NCBI GenBank assembly: GCA_035279405.1
Contig: DATEHU010000059.1
Span: forward strand, 26,552 to 90,551
DNA: 64,000 bases
Direction: 5' to 3'
DNA from: Gammaproteobacteria bacterium
GTDB lineage: Bacteria; Pseudomonadota; Gammaproteobacteria; Natronospirales; REEB76
In this document: positions 28,051-38,898 of the stretch, in pieces
How positions within the stretch are numbered: position 1 is the first letter of the stretch
Layout: each line of letters starts with the position of its first letter
Notes under the pieces: generated by a model
The model's input: only the letters and a program-made list of their open reading frames with translations
Databases searched by the model: none
What the model was told of the DNA's origin: nothing
Position numbers and translations under genes: made by a program

Positions 28051-28767
28051 TCACCCGCGCTTCGCGTGCTGCAGCGCGGTGAGCAAACCGCGCAGGATGT
28101 TGATTTCGGTCCGGTCGGGCTGTGCGCGATTGTACAGATGACGCAGCCGGCGCATGAGTTGCTTGGGTTGCTGCGGATCGAGAAAGCCGCTTGCGATCGC
28201 GGCGGACTCCAGATGCGTGTACAGGCCCTCCATCTCCTCGGCGCTAGCGGGCGATGCCGTGTCATCCGTGGTCGCCGGCGCACTTCCGCGCGCCAGCAGC
28301 AGTTCATAGGCCAGGATCTGCACCGCCGCGGCCAGATTGAGCGAACTGTATTCGGGGTTCGCGGGAATGTGCACCAGGAAATGGCAACGCTCAAGTTCCT
28401 CGTTCGTCAGGCCGGTGCGCTCGCGGCCGAACAGCAGCGCAACGTCGGTGTCGGGTGGGGTTTCGCATAACTTGGCCGCGCACGCGCGCGGAGTGATCGC
28501 CGGCGGACCGAGGTCACGCCGCCGCGCACTCGTGCCCGCGACCAGCGCGCAGCCCTGCAGCGCGTCGTCCAGCGTATCCACCACGCGCGCCTGGCGCAAA
28601 ACATCGAGCGCACCTGAAGCGCGCGCGTTGGCTTCGGCATCCGGAAAGCGTGTAGGACGCACCAGCACCAGCGCATCCAGGCACATGGTTTTCATGGCAC
28701 GCGCTGCGGCGCCGATGTTGCCCGGATGGCTGGGTTCCACCAGTACGATACGGATATGACGCGGCAT
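28051..28767 (-). CDS. trmJ: tRNA (cytidine/uridine-2'-O-)-methyltransferase TrmJ (SpoU family)
   Basis: IRIVLVEPSHPGNIGAAARAMKTMCLDALVLVRP closely matches my recollection of the E. coli TrmJ N-terminus. Conserved divergent pairing with suhB. Confidence 0.9.
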   Translation of the reverse strand: MPRHIRIVLVEPSHPGNIGAAARAMKTMCLDALVLVRPTRFPDAEANARASGALDVLRQARVVDTLDDALQGCALVAGTSARRRDLGPPAITPRACAAKLCETPPDTDVALLFGRERTGLTNEELERCHFLVHIPANPEYSSLNLAAAVQILAYELLLARGSAPATTDDTASPASAEEMEGLYTHLESAAIASGFLDPQQPKQLMRRLRHLYNRAQPDRTEINILRGLLTALQHAKRG

Positions 28768-28911
28768 GTTTATGGAGAGGCGTGTGGGCTTCTGTTATTC
28801 TACGCGCCCTGCCGCGCCCGCGCGGCCCGCGGCGAGATGGATCATCGCTCGTCGCAGTGCCTGCATAACACTTGTGTGGATGATTGCACGAAGCGATTTG
28901 ATGCGCTCGCC

Positions 28912-28978
28912 GGCGTCCCACCGGCGGGCCGATCCCCCAAATTAAGCAGGGGGCCCCTCGGCCTGCGCCTCGGGCCGC
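28912..28978. repeat. REP/MITE-like imperfect palindrome (family A), intergenic copy
   Basis: ggcgtcccaccggcgggccgatcccccaaattaagcagggggcccctcggcctgcgcctcgggccgc is the reverse complement of the cores of both units inside rlmN. Confidence 0.8.
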
Positions 28979-29022
28979 TTCTTAACCAGAATCCGGCCGC
29001 TGTGCCGCCTGCGGAGTTTGTC

Positions 29023-29814
29023 ATGCATCCCTTGTTGAACATCGCGGTCACCGCCGCGCGTAAAGCCGGTGACATCATCGTGCGCCATCTCGGCCGCGTG
29101 GACCGGCTGGTCGTCAAGGCCAAGGAACACAACGACTTCGTCAGCCAAGTGGACAGACTGGCCGAAGACGAAATTATCTACACCATCCGCAAGGCCCATC
29201 CGGATCACGCGATTCTCGCCGAGGAAAGCGGCACGCACTCCGGCAACAGCGAATTCCAGTGGATCATTGATCCGCTCGACGGTACCACCAATTTCCTGCA
29301 TGGCTTTCCGGTATTCTCGGTCTCCGTTGCGGTCAAACACCGCGGCCGGCTGGAACACGCCGTGGTGTACGATCCCATGCGCCAGGAACTGTTCACCGCC
29401 AGCCGCGGCGGCGGTGCGCAGCTCGACGACAAGCGCATCCGCGTAAGTCAGCAGAAAACCCTCGAAGGTGCGCTCATCGGCACCGGTTTTCCCTTCCGTG
29501 AAAACCAGAATCTCGAACTGTATATGCGCATGTTCGAAGTCATGGCGCGCCAGACCGCGGGCCTGCGCCGTGCCGGCTCGGCCGCGCAGGACCTCGCCTA
29601 CGTCGCCGCCGGCCGCCTCGATGGATTCTGGGAAATGGACCTGAAACCCTGGGATATCGCTGCCGGCGTCTTGTTAATTCAGGAAGCTGGCGGGCTGGTG
29701 GGCCATTTCGACGGCACCCTGGGCGTGCCGGAAGACGGCGACATCCTGGTCGGCGGAGAAAAACTCTTCAAGGCAATGGCGGAAGAATTCAAACAGTTAC
29801 TGACTACTCGCTAG
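29023..29814 (+). CDS. suhB: Inositol-1-monophosphatase SuhB
   Basis: MHPLLNIAVTAARKAGDII...EESG...WIIDPLDGTTNF...WDIAAG. Start at ATG 29023 (GCGGAG upstream). The track ORF N-extension runs through the repeat and was rejected. Confidence 0.93.
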   Translation: MHPLLNIAVTAARKAGDIIVRHLGRVDRLVVKAKEHNDFVSQVDRLAEDEIIYTIRKAHPDHAILAEESGTHSGNSEFQWIIDPLDGTTNFLHGFPVFSVSVAVKHRGRLEHAVVYDPMRQELFTASRGGGAQLDDKRIRVSQQKTLEGALIGTGFPFRENQNLELYMRMFEVMARQTAGLRRAGSAAQDLAYVAAGRLDGFWEMDLKPWDIAAGVLLIQEAGGLVGHFDGTLGVPEDGDILVGGEKLFKAMAEEFKQLLTTR

Positions 29815-29878
29815 CGACAAGATCCGAAAATCCCGTCTGGACATCCAGCGAAAAGCGGCATTACCGGGAGCTCTGCCT

Positions 29879-30067
29879 TCAAGTACCGCTGCGACGGATC
29901 AATTTGGCATCCGCTGTTTTGGAATTGATCACGTCTGCAATATCCAGCCGGATGGCCTCAAGGGTATCGGCAATCAACTCCAGCGCCACGACTTTGCGCA
30001 TCTCCATATGCAGGTCATTGCGCTTTGACGCTCTGGCTGCGGCAATTTGTTCGGGTTTAATGTCCAT
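29879..30067 (-). CDS. Hypothetical small protein (62 aa)
   Basis: ATG 30067 is preceded by GAGGAGG at about 7 nt (MDIKPEQIAAARASKRNDLHMEMRKVVALELIADTLEAIRLDIADV...). It lies in a visibly more A/T-rich patch. No family recognised. Confidence 0.4.
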   Translation of the reverse strand: MDIKPEQIAAARASKRNDLHMEMRKVVALELIADTLEAIRLDIADVINSKTADAKLIRRSGT

Positions 30068-30354
30068 ACTGCGATCCTCCTCATGACTGTTCGAGGCTAC
30101 GCCGCAGCCAGCCACAGCTGACTTGACTAAAAGATGGAGACAAGTTGCAGCACGGTGAATGCGGCTTCCAGTTATTAGAGGCACGGCAGACCAGCAAGTT
30201 CCAAATTTTCAATGTGTGCACGAAATTGACTGGAGCTCCTAGTGATTTTTTGTCGATCTATGCGGCCACAAAGAGGAAGAGGCTAGCCATTTCTGATCAG
30301 ATATCAATTGCGCACGGGTTAATTTGTCGATCTTGTAAATACCCCTTGGATGCC

Positions 30355-30819
30355 GCCGAGCACTGGACTGAGCGAGGGCGAGATGCGAAGCATCGAGCGG
30401 GCATGCCAGGGATGGCGTGCCCAGTTTCCAAGCGAAGCAGGAGCGGAGCGCAGGAAAGAGGCCGTGCGCAGCACGGGCGAAGCCAGGATGGCGAGATTTC
30501 GCAGCGGCACAGGGATGTGCCGTCTGCGAAGCCCCGAGCGAGGGGTGAGGCGGAAGAAAGCGAAGCACTGCTTCGCTCCGCCGAACGCTGGGCTGCTTGC
30601 AGCCCGGCCGGCAGCACGCACAGGGCAGCCCGAAGGGTCGGCATCCGGGGGCGTCCTTTCTTTTCGCCTATTTTATTTGGACGAGCAAAGAAAATAGGCT
30701 CGTCGTGCGGGGGCGAAACCCCGCTTTCTATTCACGCGGCGAAGCCGCACAAAAAGTGAAGGCGCCGCCAGGGCGCCTTCCCATTCAAGATCTGGATTCC
30801 GGCATTCGCCGGAATGACG
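30355..30819. repeat. Hairpin-dense mosaic repeat region downstream of secF
   Basis: It begins with gccgagcactggactgagc (also at 35683-35701). It contains GCGAAGC five times at 45-49-bp spacing (last interval 34 bp), each followed by a different short hairpin. It ends with ctggattccggcattcgccggaatgacg (family B, also at 35936-35963). Confidence 0.7.
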
Positions 30820-30920
30820 CAAGCCCACTTACCTTAACCGCTCCCCCAAGAGAAAGGACGCCAAGAAAGCCCCCTCACCCTAACCTCTCCCACAAGGGAG
30901 AGAGCGGACAATGGGTATTT

Positions 30921-30960
30921 CAAAAACAGAAAAGGCGCCAACAGCGCCTTTTGTATTTTT
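30921..30960 (-). terminator. Rho-independent terminator after secF (bidirectional-looking)
   Basis: aaaaggcgc-caaca-gcgcctttt is flanked by A-run and T-run on both sides, 18 nt downstream of the secF stop. Confidence 0.7.
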
Positions 30961-30977
30961 GGAATACAAAACCTTGC

Positions 30978-31913
30978 TTACGGCATGTCATCCACGTGTT
31001 TTTCTTCCTTAACCCTGACCATCAGATCCTTCTTGCTCACACCCAATACCAGCGCGATGGCGCTCGCGATGTAGATCGAGGAATAGGTACCGACGATGAT
31101 GCCGACCAGCAGCGCCACGGAGAAACCGTGCAGCACCGGGCCGCCGAGGATCAGCAGCGCGATCACCACCAGCAGCGTGGTGCCCGAGGTGATGATGGTA
31201 CGCGACAGCGTCTGGTTGACGGCGAGGTTGATGATCTCGATGGGCGTGCCCTTGCGCATGATGCGGAAGTCCTCGCGGATGCGGTCGAAGACCACCACGG
31301 TATCGTTCACCGAATAGCCCATGACGGCGAGCACCGCGGCCAGCACGTTCAGATCGAATTCCAGATGAAACACCGAGAAAAACCCCACCACGAACACCAC
31401 GTCGTGCAGCGTGGCGAGCACGCCGCCGACGGCGAGCCGCCATTCGAACCGGAAGATGATGTAAAGCAGGATACCGACGAGCGTGAGGACGAACGCCAGC
31501 GTGCCCTTGGTGGCCAGATCGCGTCCCACTTCGGGGCCGACGAAGTTCACCTGCTCCAGACGCACCTGCGGTACGTCCTTCTGCAGCAGCGCCATGACCG
31601 CGTTGCCGGTGTCCTTGCCGGATACGCCCTTCTTGGGTTGCAGGCGGATCAGAACCTCGCGCGGCGTGCCGTAGCTCTGCGCGATGGCGTCCTTGTAGCC
31701 GGCCGCGGAGAGCGTGCCGCGGATCTGCTGCAGATTGGCGGTCTGCGGATAGCTGACCTGCACGGTGACGCCGCCGGTGAAATCCACCGCGAAATTCAGG
31801 CCGTGGATGGACAGCGACACCACCGCGATGATGAGCACGATGATGGAATACGCAAACGTGAACTTGCGCAGCCCCAGGAAGTTGATGTGCGGAACGTTGT
31901 GGAAAAATTCCAT
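30978..31913 (-). CDS. secF: Protein translocase subunit SecF
   Basis: 311-aa ORF: FLGLRKFTFAYSIIVLI...DFTGG...VVFDRIRE. It immediately follows secD. Confidence 0.95.
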   Translation of the reverse strand: MEFFHNVPHINFLGLRKFTFAYSIIVLIIAVVSLSIHGLNFAVDFTGGVTVQVSYPQTANLQQIRGTLSAAGYKDAIAQSYGTPREVLIRLQPKKGVSGKDTGNAVMALLQKDVPQVRLEQVNFVGPEVGRDLATKGTLAFVLTLVGILLYIIFRFEWRLAVGGVLATLHDVVFVVGFFSVFHLEFDLNVLAAVLAVMGYSVNDTVVVFDRIREDFRIMRKGTPIEIINLAVNQTLSRTIITSGTTLLVVIALLILGGPVLHGFSVALLVGIIVGTYSSIYIASAIALVLGVSKKDLMVRVKEEKHVDDMP

Positions 31914-31922
31914 GGCGCGCCC

Positions 31923-33770
31923 CTACACCGGCAGCTTGCTGAGGTTGCGGCCGCCGTAAATCCAGTTGACGATGGAACGCGTGCCCATGATGGCGGTGAA
32001 CAGCGAGGTGAGAATGCCGAGCGACAGGGTCACGGCAAAGCCCTTGACCGGACCGGCGCCGAACAGGAACAGCATGACCGCGGCGGTGAGCGTAGTGACG
32101 TGCGCGTCCACGATGGTGGCGAAGGCGCGCTTGTAACCGGCATGAATCGCGGCCTGCGGCGTGTTGCCCGCGCGCACCTCTTCACGGATGTGCTCGTTGA
32201 TCAGCACGTTGGCGTCCACGCCCATGCCGAGCGTCAAGGCGATGCCGGCGATGCCGGGCAATGTCAGGGTTGCCTGAATCAGCGATAACAGTGCCACAGT
32301 CAGCACCAGATTCATGATCACCGCGAGGTCGGCGATCACGCCGAAAGTCTTGTAGTACAGGCCGATGAAGATCACCACCAGCAGGAAGCCCAGCAGCGCG
32401 GCATGGAAACCCTGGCGGATGTTTTCCTGACCGAGACTCGGGCCGACCGTGCGCTCCTGCACAATGTCCATGGGCGCCGCGAGCGAACCCGCACGCAGCA
32501 GCAAGGCCAGGTTCTGCGCTTCCTGCTGCTGCAGGCCGGTGATCTGGAAACGCCCGCTGAAGATGCCCTGGATGGTGGCCACGTTGATGACCGTGTAGGT
32601 CTTCTTGTGTACCGGCACGGTCTTGCCGTTGACAGTGGTGCTCTCGGTCTTGGTTTCGATGTACAGCACCGCCATGGGTTTGCCGAGGTTCTCGCGCGTC
32701 ACATCGCCCATCTTGCTGGCGCCGGCGGAATTCAGCGACACGTTGACGTCCGGCAAACCATTCTGTTGATCAAAACCTGACGAGGCATCCACCAGCTGGT
32801 CGCCGGTGACGATCACGTCGCGCCGCAACAGCACCGGATTGCCGGCCTTGTCCTTGAACAGTTGATCGTCAAGTGGAACGTGGCCGGTCTGCTGCGCCAA
32901 CATCGGATTGGCCGTCGGATCCACCAGCCGGAATTCGATAGTGGCGATAGCGCCGAGGATTTCCTTGGCGCGCGCGGTGTCCTGCACGCCGGGCAGTTCC
33001 ACCACGATGCTGTTGCCGCCCTGCTGCTGCACCACCGGATCGGCCACACCCAACTGGTTCACGCGGTTGCGCAGCACGGTCATGTTCTGCTCGACCGCGG
33101 TCTGGCGCAGCGCCTGCAACTGCTTGGGATCAATGACCGCTACCAACGTGTTCGGCTGGCTGCCGGTGGTGACGGCGAGTTCCTGGAATTGGCTGCTCAG
33201 CAATTGTTTGGCACGCGTCACGTCGTCCGGCGTGCGCAACTGCATGTTGATGTTTTCCCCGGTAAGCGCCACGTCCTCATAGCGAATCAACTGTTGGCGC
33301 ATGGTACTGCGGATGTCGGCGGCGTCACGCTGCAGCTTGGTCTGAATCGCGGCATTCAAATCCACCAGCATCTGAAAGTGCACGCCGCCTTGCAGGTCCA
33401 GGCCCTTGGCCATGGGTCTCAAACCCAGCACGCGCATCCATGCCGGTGTGCGCGGCGCCAGATTCAGGGCTACCGAGTACTGATTGCCCAGCGCCTTGGT
33501 AATCGTGTCCAGTGCCTGCAATTGGGTGTCGGGGGTATCGAAACGCACCAGCAGCCGGTTGTCGTCGAGCACCGCCGACGTGTACGGCAGCTTGGCCGCG
33601 TCCAGTGCCTGCTCCACTTGGGTGGTCGTGGCCTCGGTGACCGTTCCGTTGTTCTGCGAAACCTGCACCGCCGGATCGTCGCCGTAAAGATTCGGCAGCG
33701 CGATCAGGATGCCCGCCACGGTCACCAGAATGACAAGGATGTTTTTCCAGACTGGATAGCGGTTAAGCAT
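31923..33770 (-). CDS. secD: Protein translocase subunit SecD
   Basis: 615-aa ORF: MLNRYPVWKNILVILV...LGLDLQGGVHF...VELPGVQD...a C-terminal 6-TM SecD/F domain. Confidence 0.95.
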   Translation of the reverse strand: MLNRYPVWKNILVILVTVAGILIALPNLYGDDPAVQVSQNNGTVTEATTTQVEQALDAAKLPYTSAVLDDNRLLVRFDTPDTQLQALDTITKALGNQYSVALNLAPRTPAWMRVLGLRPMAKGLDLQGGVHFQMLVDLNAAIQTKLQRDAADIRSTMRQQLIRYEDVALTGENINMQLRTPDDVTRAKQLLSSQFQELAVTTGSQPNTLVAVIDPKQLQALRQTAVEQNMTVLRNRVNQLGVADPVVQQQGGNSIVVELPGVQDTARAKEILGAIATIEFRLVDPTANPMLAQQTGHVPLDDQLFKDKAGNPVLLRRDVIVTGDQLVDASSGFDQQNGLPDVNVSLNSAGASKMGDVTRENLGKPMAVLYIETKTESTTVNGKTVPVHKKTYTVINVATIQGIFSGRFQITGLQQQEAQNLALLLRAGSLAAPMDIVQERTVGPSLGQENIRQGFHAALLGFLLVVIFIGLYYKTFGVIADLAVIMNLVLTVALLSLIQATLTLPGIAGIALTLGMGVDANVLINEHIREEVRAGNTPQAAIHAGYKRAFATIVDAHVTTLTAAVMLFLFGAGPVKGFAVTLSLGILTSLFTAIMGTRSIVNWIYGGRNLSKLPV

Positions 33771-33788
33771 GTGCGAATCGGCCGCAGT

Positions 33789-34124
33789 TTAGAAATTCTT
33801 GAGTGTGCCCTTGGGCATGACCGCGGTCACGGATTGGCGCTGGATGCGCAATTCCACGCCCTTGGCGACTTGCAGCGTCATGAACTGATCGCCGAGTTCC
33901 GTAACCCGCCCGAGCACTCCCCCGCTGGTTATCACCTCGTCACCCTTGCCGATGGCGGACAGCATCTTCTGATGGTCCTTCTGGCGCTTTTGCTGCGGTC
34001 GGATCAGGAAAAACCAGAAGAACGCGATCAGCACGACAAAGATGATGATGGTGATGTATTCGCCGCCACCCTGCTGCGGCGCCGGTGCGCCGGCGGCGTA
34101 GGCGTTTGATATGAAGAAGCTCAT
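33789..34124 (-). CDS. yajC: Preprotein translocase subunit YajC
   Basis: Start at ATG 34124. IIIFVVLIAFFWFFLIRPQQKRQKDHQKMLSAIGKGDEVITSGGVLGRV is the YajC signature. Confidence 0.92.
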   Translation of the reverse strand: MSFFISNAYAAGAPAPQQGGGEYITIIIFVVLIAFFWFFLIRPQQKRQKDHQKMLSAIGKGDEVITSGGVLGRVTELGDQFMTLQVAKGVELRIQRQSVTAVMPKGTLKNF

Positions 34125-34206
34125 GGGCAATCCTGGATTCGGGTTTTGAAACAGCGGGTAAATCCGCCGGGCGGCCGCCCAGTGGGGTCCGCCGCGGCGG
34201 CGCGCA

Positions 34207-35331
<1,125 letters not shown>

Positions 35332-35339
35332 TTAAATTA

Positions 35340-35963
35340 GGCGGGGCTTTCGCGCCCCTACTACGAGGTACTTTCCTTGTACGAACAAGGAAAGTACCCA
35401 AAGGAAGTCGCCCCGGGGATTCCGCGCTTGTCTGAAACCGAATGGACGACCATTCGGTTTCAGCCGCGTGCCCTCGTTTCTCGCCCGGCTCGGGGCGGTG
35501 CAGACGGGCCACCTGGCCCGCTGCACCGGTTCGTCATCCTGACTTCACCCCGCCCAAAGGGCGGGCGCTCGAAGCTGCGCTTCTCGCCCTCACAGGGCTG
35601 CGAGACTCGGCGGACTCCACGGGTTTACGAAGAGCAAAAAGCGCCTGGTGCCGGTGTCTTGCTCTAAATACCCGTAGCGCGAGCCGAGCACTGGACTGAG
35701 CAAGGTTAGCCCGAAGGGGCACGAACAGGATGTTCGCGCTCCCGCCGTCAGGCCATGGATGGCCTGTCGGCGGGACTCCACAGCGAAGGAAGCGCACAGG
35801 GCAGTCGCGGTTTCCGCGACCCGCGCTCCGGGGGAATGGGTTTGGGCACTTTCGCCGAAACGAAAGTGCCCCGCCCGCGGGTGCGGGAACCCGCTCTTAA
35901 AAAATACATGCGGCCGTAGGCCGCTCGATATAAGACTGGATTTCGGCCTTCGCCGGAATGACG
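35340..35963. repeat. Hairpin-dense mosaic repeat region between queA and tgt
   Basis: A chain of 8-13-bp-stem hairpins: ggtactttccttgt/acaaggaaagtacc, gaaaccgaatgg/ccattcggtttc, ggcactttcg/cgaaagtgcc, gtcgcgg/ccgcgac. It also carries modules shared with 30355-30819 and 39725-39750 (gctcgaagctKcgcttctcgccc). It ends with the family B element at 35936-35963. Confidence 0.7.
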
Positions 35964-35984
35964 AGAAATAGTGCCACAGGCCGC

Positions 35985-37031
<1,047 letters not shown>

Positions 37032-37088
37032 AGGCGGCACAGCGTAGCAAACCCGGAGATTTCGTTCCCGATCCGGCCGGTGTACGGT

Positions 37089-38246
37089 TTAGCGCAAGTA
37101 AAAATGCATCGGCCGATAGACGCCGATCTGGCCCGGGGCTTTGGGTGCGATAACGTCGAGCGTCAACGGTTTGCCCTTGCGCAGGATGCCCAGCTTGAGC
37201 GGCTCTCCGGGTGCGTAGGAGTAGAGAATACGCATGGCTTCCGCAGGGGTGGCAGGCGTGCGATCGCCGATCTTCAGAATCACATCGCCATCCTTGAGCT
37301 TGAGCGCTGCATCGCGCGGCGCACGCACCACCAGCAAACCCTTGTCGGTGCCGAAATACTGGCCAAGGCCGGGGGTGAGTTGCGTCAGTTGCATGTCGCC
37401 CCACGCGCCCCACACGCCCGGCGGGAACAGCGCACGCAGATTCTCCGGCTGCAGGGGTGGAACCGGGGGCACCGGCGGGACCGGGGGCACGGGCGGCGGC
37501 GAAGGCACGGCAAAAGCAAAACTGTAATCGGACAATTTGCCGGCCTTCAGGCTAACGCTGTGCGCCTTGCCATTGCGCATGAAGCCGAGCTTGAGTGCGT
37601 CGCCGGGTTTAACCTTGTCCATGAAATCCATGAGTTCATCGGCCGCGGATTGCTTGGCACCCGCGCGCAACGCCGTGCCATTGATTACGGTGAGGGTGTC
37701 GCCGGCCTGCAGACCGGCCTGGTCGGCCGGCCCGCCGGGTGTGACGGCGAGCACGCGCACGCCCCGGGCGTCTTTCGCATCGCGATTCTCCGCGATGCTG
37801 ACCCCCAGGACCGCGCGATTAGGATCAAACATGCGCGACATGCGCGACATCATCGGCCCCTGCATCTGCAGGCTCAACTGCGCCATGCGTTGCGCCGCCT
37901 GCTCCATCTCGTGGCGCGCCTGCTGCATCTGCTTTTCCAACTGCTGCTGGCCGAGTTCCGCGGATTGCTGGTTTTGCTCGGCCATCCGTTGATCGTGCTC
38001 CGCCATGCGCTGATCCTGTTCCAGCCATTGCAGATCCTGATCGATGACCGACTGGTTATGCGGTAACGCCTGCTGATCCCGTCTGAGTTTCTCCTGATCC
38101 TGCTGCAGCTTCTGCTGGTCGCGCTGTCGCTGCGCCGCCTGCGTAGGTGCGGCCGTTTGCGCTTGCGGTGCAGCGCTCGTCTGCGCATACACGGAGAAAG
38201 CCGGGGCGAATGCCAGCGCACAACCAATGGTTAACAGGATTTTCAT
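37089..38246 (-). CDS. Periplasmic double-PDZ protein with Gln-rich coiled-coil N-region
   Basis: Signal peptide MKILLTIGCALAFAPAFSVYA, then ~100 aa of Q/R/E-rich sequence. PDZ 1 is GVRVLAVTPGGPADQAGLQAGDTLTVING, the linker is PPPVPPVPPVPPVPP, and PDZ 2 is LLVVRAPRDAALKLKDGDVILKIGD. No protease motif seen. Confidence 0.75.
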   Translation of the reverse strand: MKILLTIGCALAFAPAFSVYAQTSAAPQAQTAAPTQAAQRQRDQQKLQQDQEKLRRDQQALPHNQSVIDQDLQWLEQDQRMAEHDQRMAEQNQQSAELGQQQLEKQMQQARHEMEQAAQRMAQLSLQMQGPMMSRMSRMFDPNRAVLGVSIAENRDAKDARGVRVLAVTPGGPADQAGLQAGDTLTVINGTALRAGAKQSAADELMDFMDKVKPGDALKLGFMRNGKAHSVSLKAGKLSDYSFAFAVPSPPPVPPVPPVPPVPPLQPENLRALFPPGVWGAWGDMQLTQLTPGLGQYFGTDKGLLVVRAPRDAALKLKDGDVILKIGDRTPATPAEAMRILYSYAPGEPLKLGILRKGKPLTLDVIAPKAPGQIGVYRPMHFYLR

Positions 38247-38265
38247 GGAACACCTCGATATGAGT

Positions 38266-38898
38266 TCATTGATTCCAGGTCACCGCCGAGGCCTGTGCGT
38301 AGCGCACCGCCACCAGCGACTGCATCAAATCCACGCGTTGCTGCCAGAGTTGCGTCAACTGCCCTCCGGTCTGCGGCCGGGCTGCCGTGCTGTTGATCGC
38401 GTAATCCACCAGCGCGATGCGGTCTTCGAGCGCGGCCACGGTGGCGGCGCTGCCGACATTCACGATGCTCGGATGGCGGTCCGCATTCATGAACTGCACC
38501 GCGTTTTCGAGATAGCGCGACTGCGCCTGAAGTTGCGCCAGACGTGCCGCATCCACAACGGCGCCGGCAGTCACCGCGGCGCTGCGGTTCTCCGCGGGCC
38601 ACGGATGCCAGGCCACCAGGACCACTGCCGCGGCCAGTGAGGCCGCGAGGCCGATCCCGGCCACCGGCAACCAGCGTGCCCGGTTTGTGCCGGCAGGCTG
38701 GTCGAGACGTTCAGCTACCCGAGCCCAGCCGTTTTCCGGCGCCTCAAACGCCGGCAGTGTGCGCAAGCGTTGCCGCCAGTCCGACAAGCGCAGCAGCGCC
38801 TGCCCGCACTCGGCACAGCCACGCACGTGCGCCACCGCTTCGGCGGCGAGCGGTTGGCCGTCGCGCAGCGCAATCAGTTGTTCAGCACTGGCGTGCAT
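38266..38898 (-). CDS. Anti-sigma factor (zinc-binding ZAS type, single TM)
   Basis: Start at ATG 38898 (MHASAEQLIALRDG...). HVRGCAEC matches H-x3-C-x2-C. TM WLPVAGIGLAASLAAAVVLVAW. It follows the ECF sigma gene directly, overlapping it by 25 nt. Confidence 0.8.
   Translation of the reverse strand: MHASAEQLIALRDGQPLAAEAVAHVRGCAECGQALLRLSDWRQRLRTLPAFEAPENGWARVAERLDQPAGTNRARWLPVAGIGLAASLAAAVVLVAWHPWPAENRSAAVTAGAVVDAARLAQLQAQSRYLENAVQFMNADRHPSIVNVGSAATVAALEDRIALVDYAINSTAARPQTGGQLTQLWQQRVDLMQSLVAVRYAQASAVTWNQ

Noticed and set aside
28726-29022. N-terminal extension of suhB (track ORF starts 28726)
   Set aside because: It would overlap the trmJ start and read through the family A palindromic repeat. 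SuhB homology starts at MHPLLNIAV (ATG 29023) with a GGAG-type RBS.
30385-30566. Possible CRISPR-like array suggested by the ~46-bp periodicity
   Set aside because: Only a 7-nt core (GCGAAGC) is conserved between units. The rest of each unit differs, so there are no identical direct repeats of CRISPR length, and no cas genes are nearby.
30145-30759. 204-aa ORF across the secF-downstream mosaic (and the overlapping minus-strand ORFs 30239-30644)
   Set aside because: The translation is repeat-derived (RSRSGAQERGRAQHGRSQDGE…). ORFs are open in several frames and on both strands over the same DNA, there is no RBS, and the sequence is shared with other non-coding spacers.
37456-37505. Short tandem DNA repeat encoding PPVPPVPPVPPVPP
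   Set aside because: It is an in-frame Pro-rich interdomain linker within the PDZ protein. It is too short and too clearly coding to be treated as an independent repeat feature.
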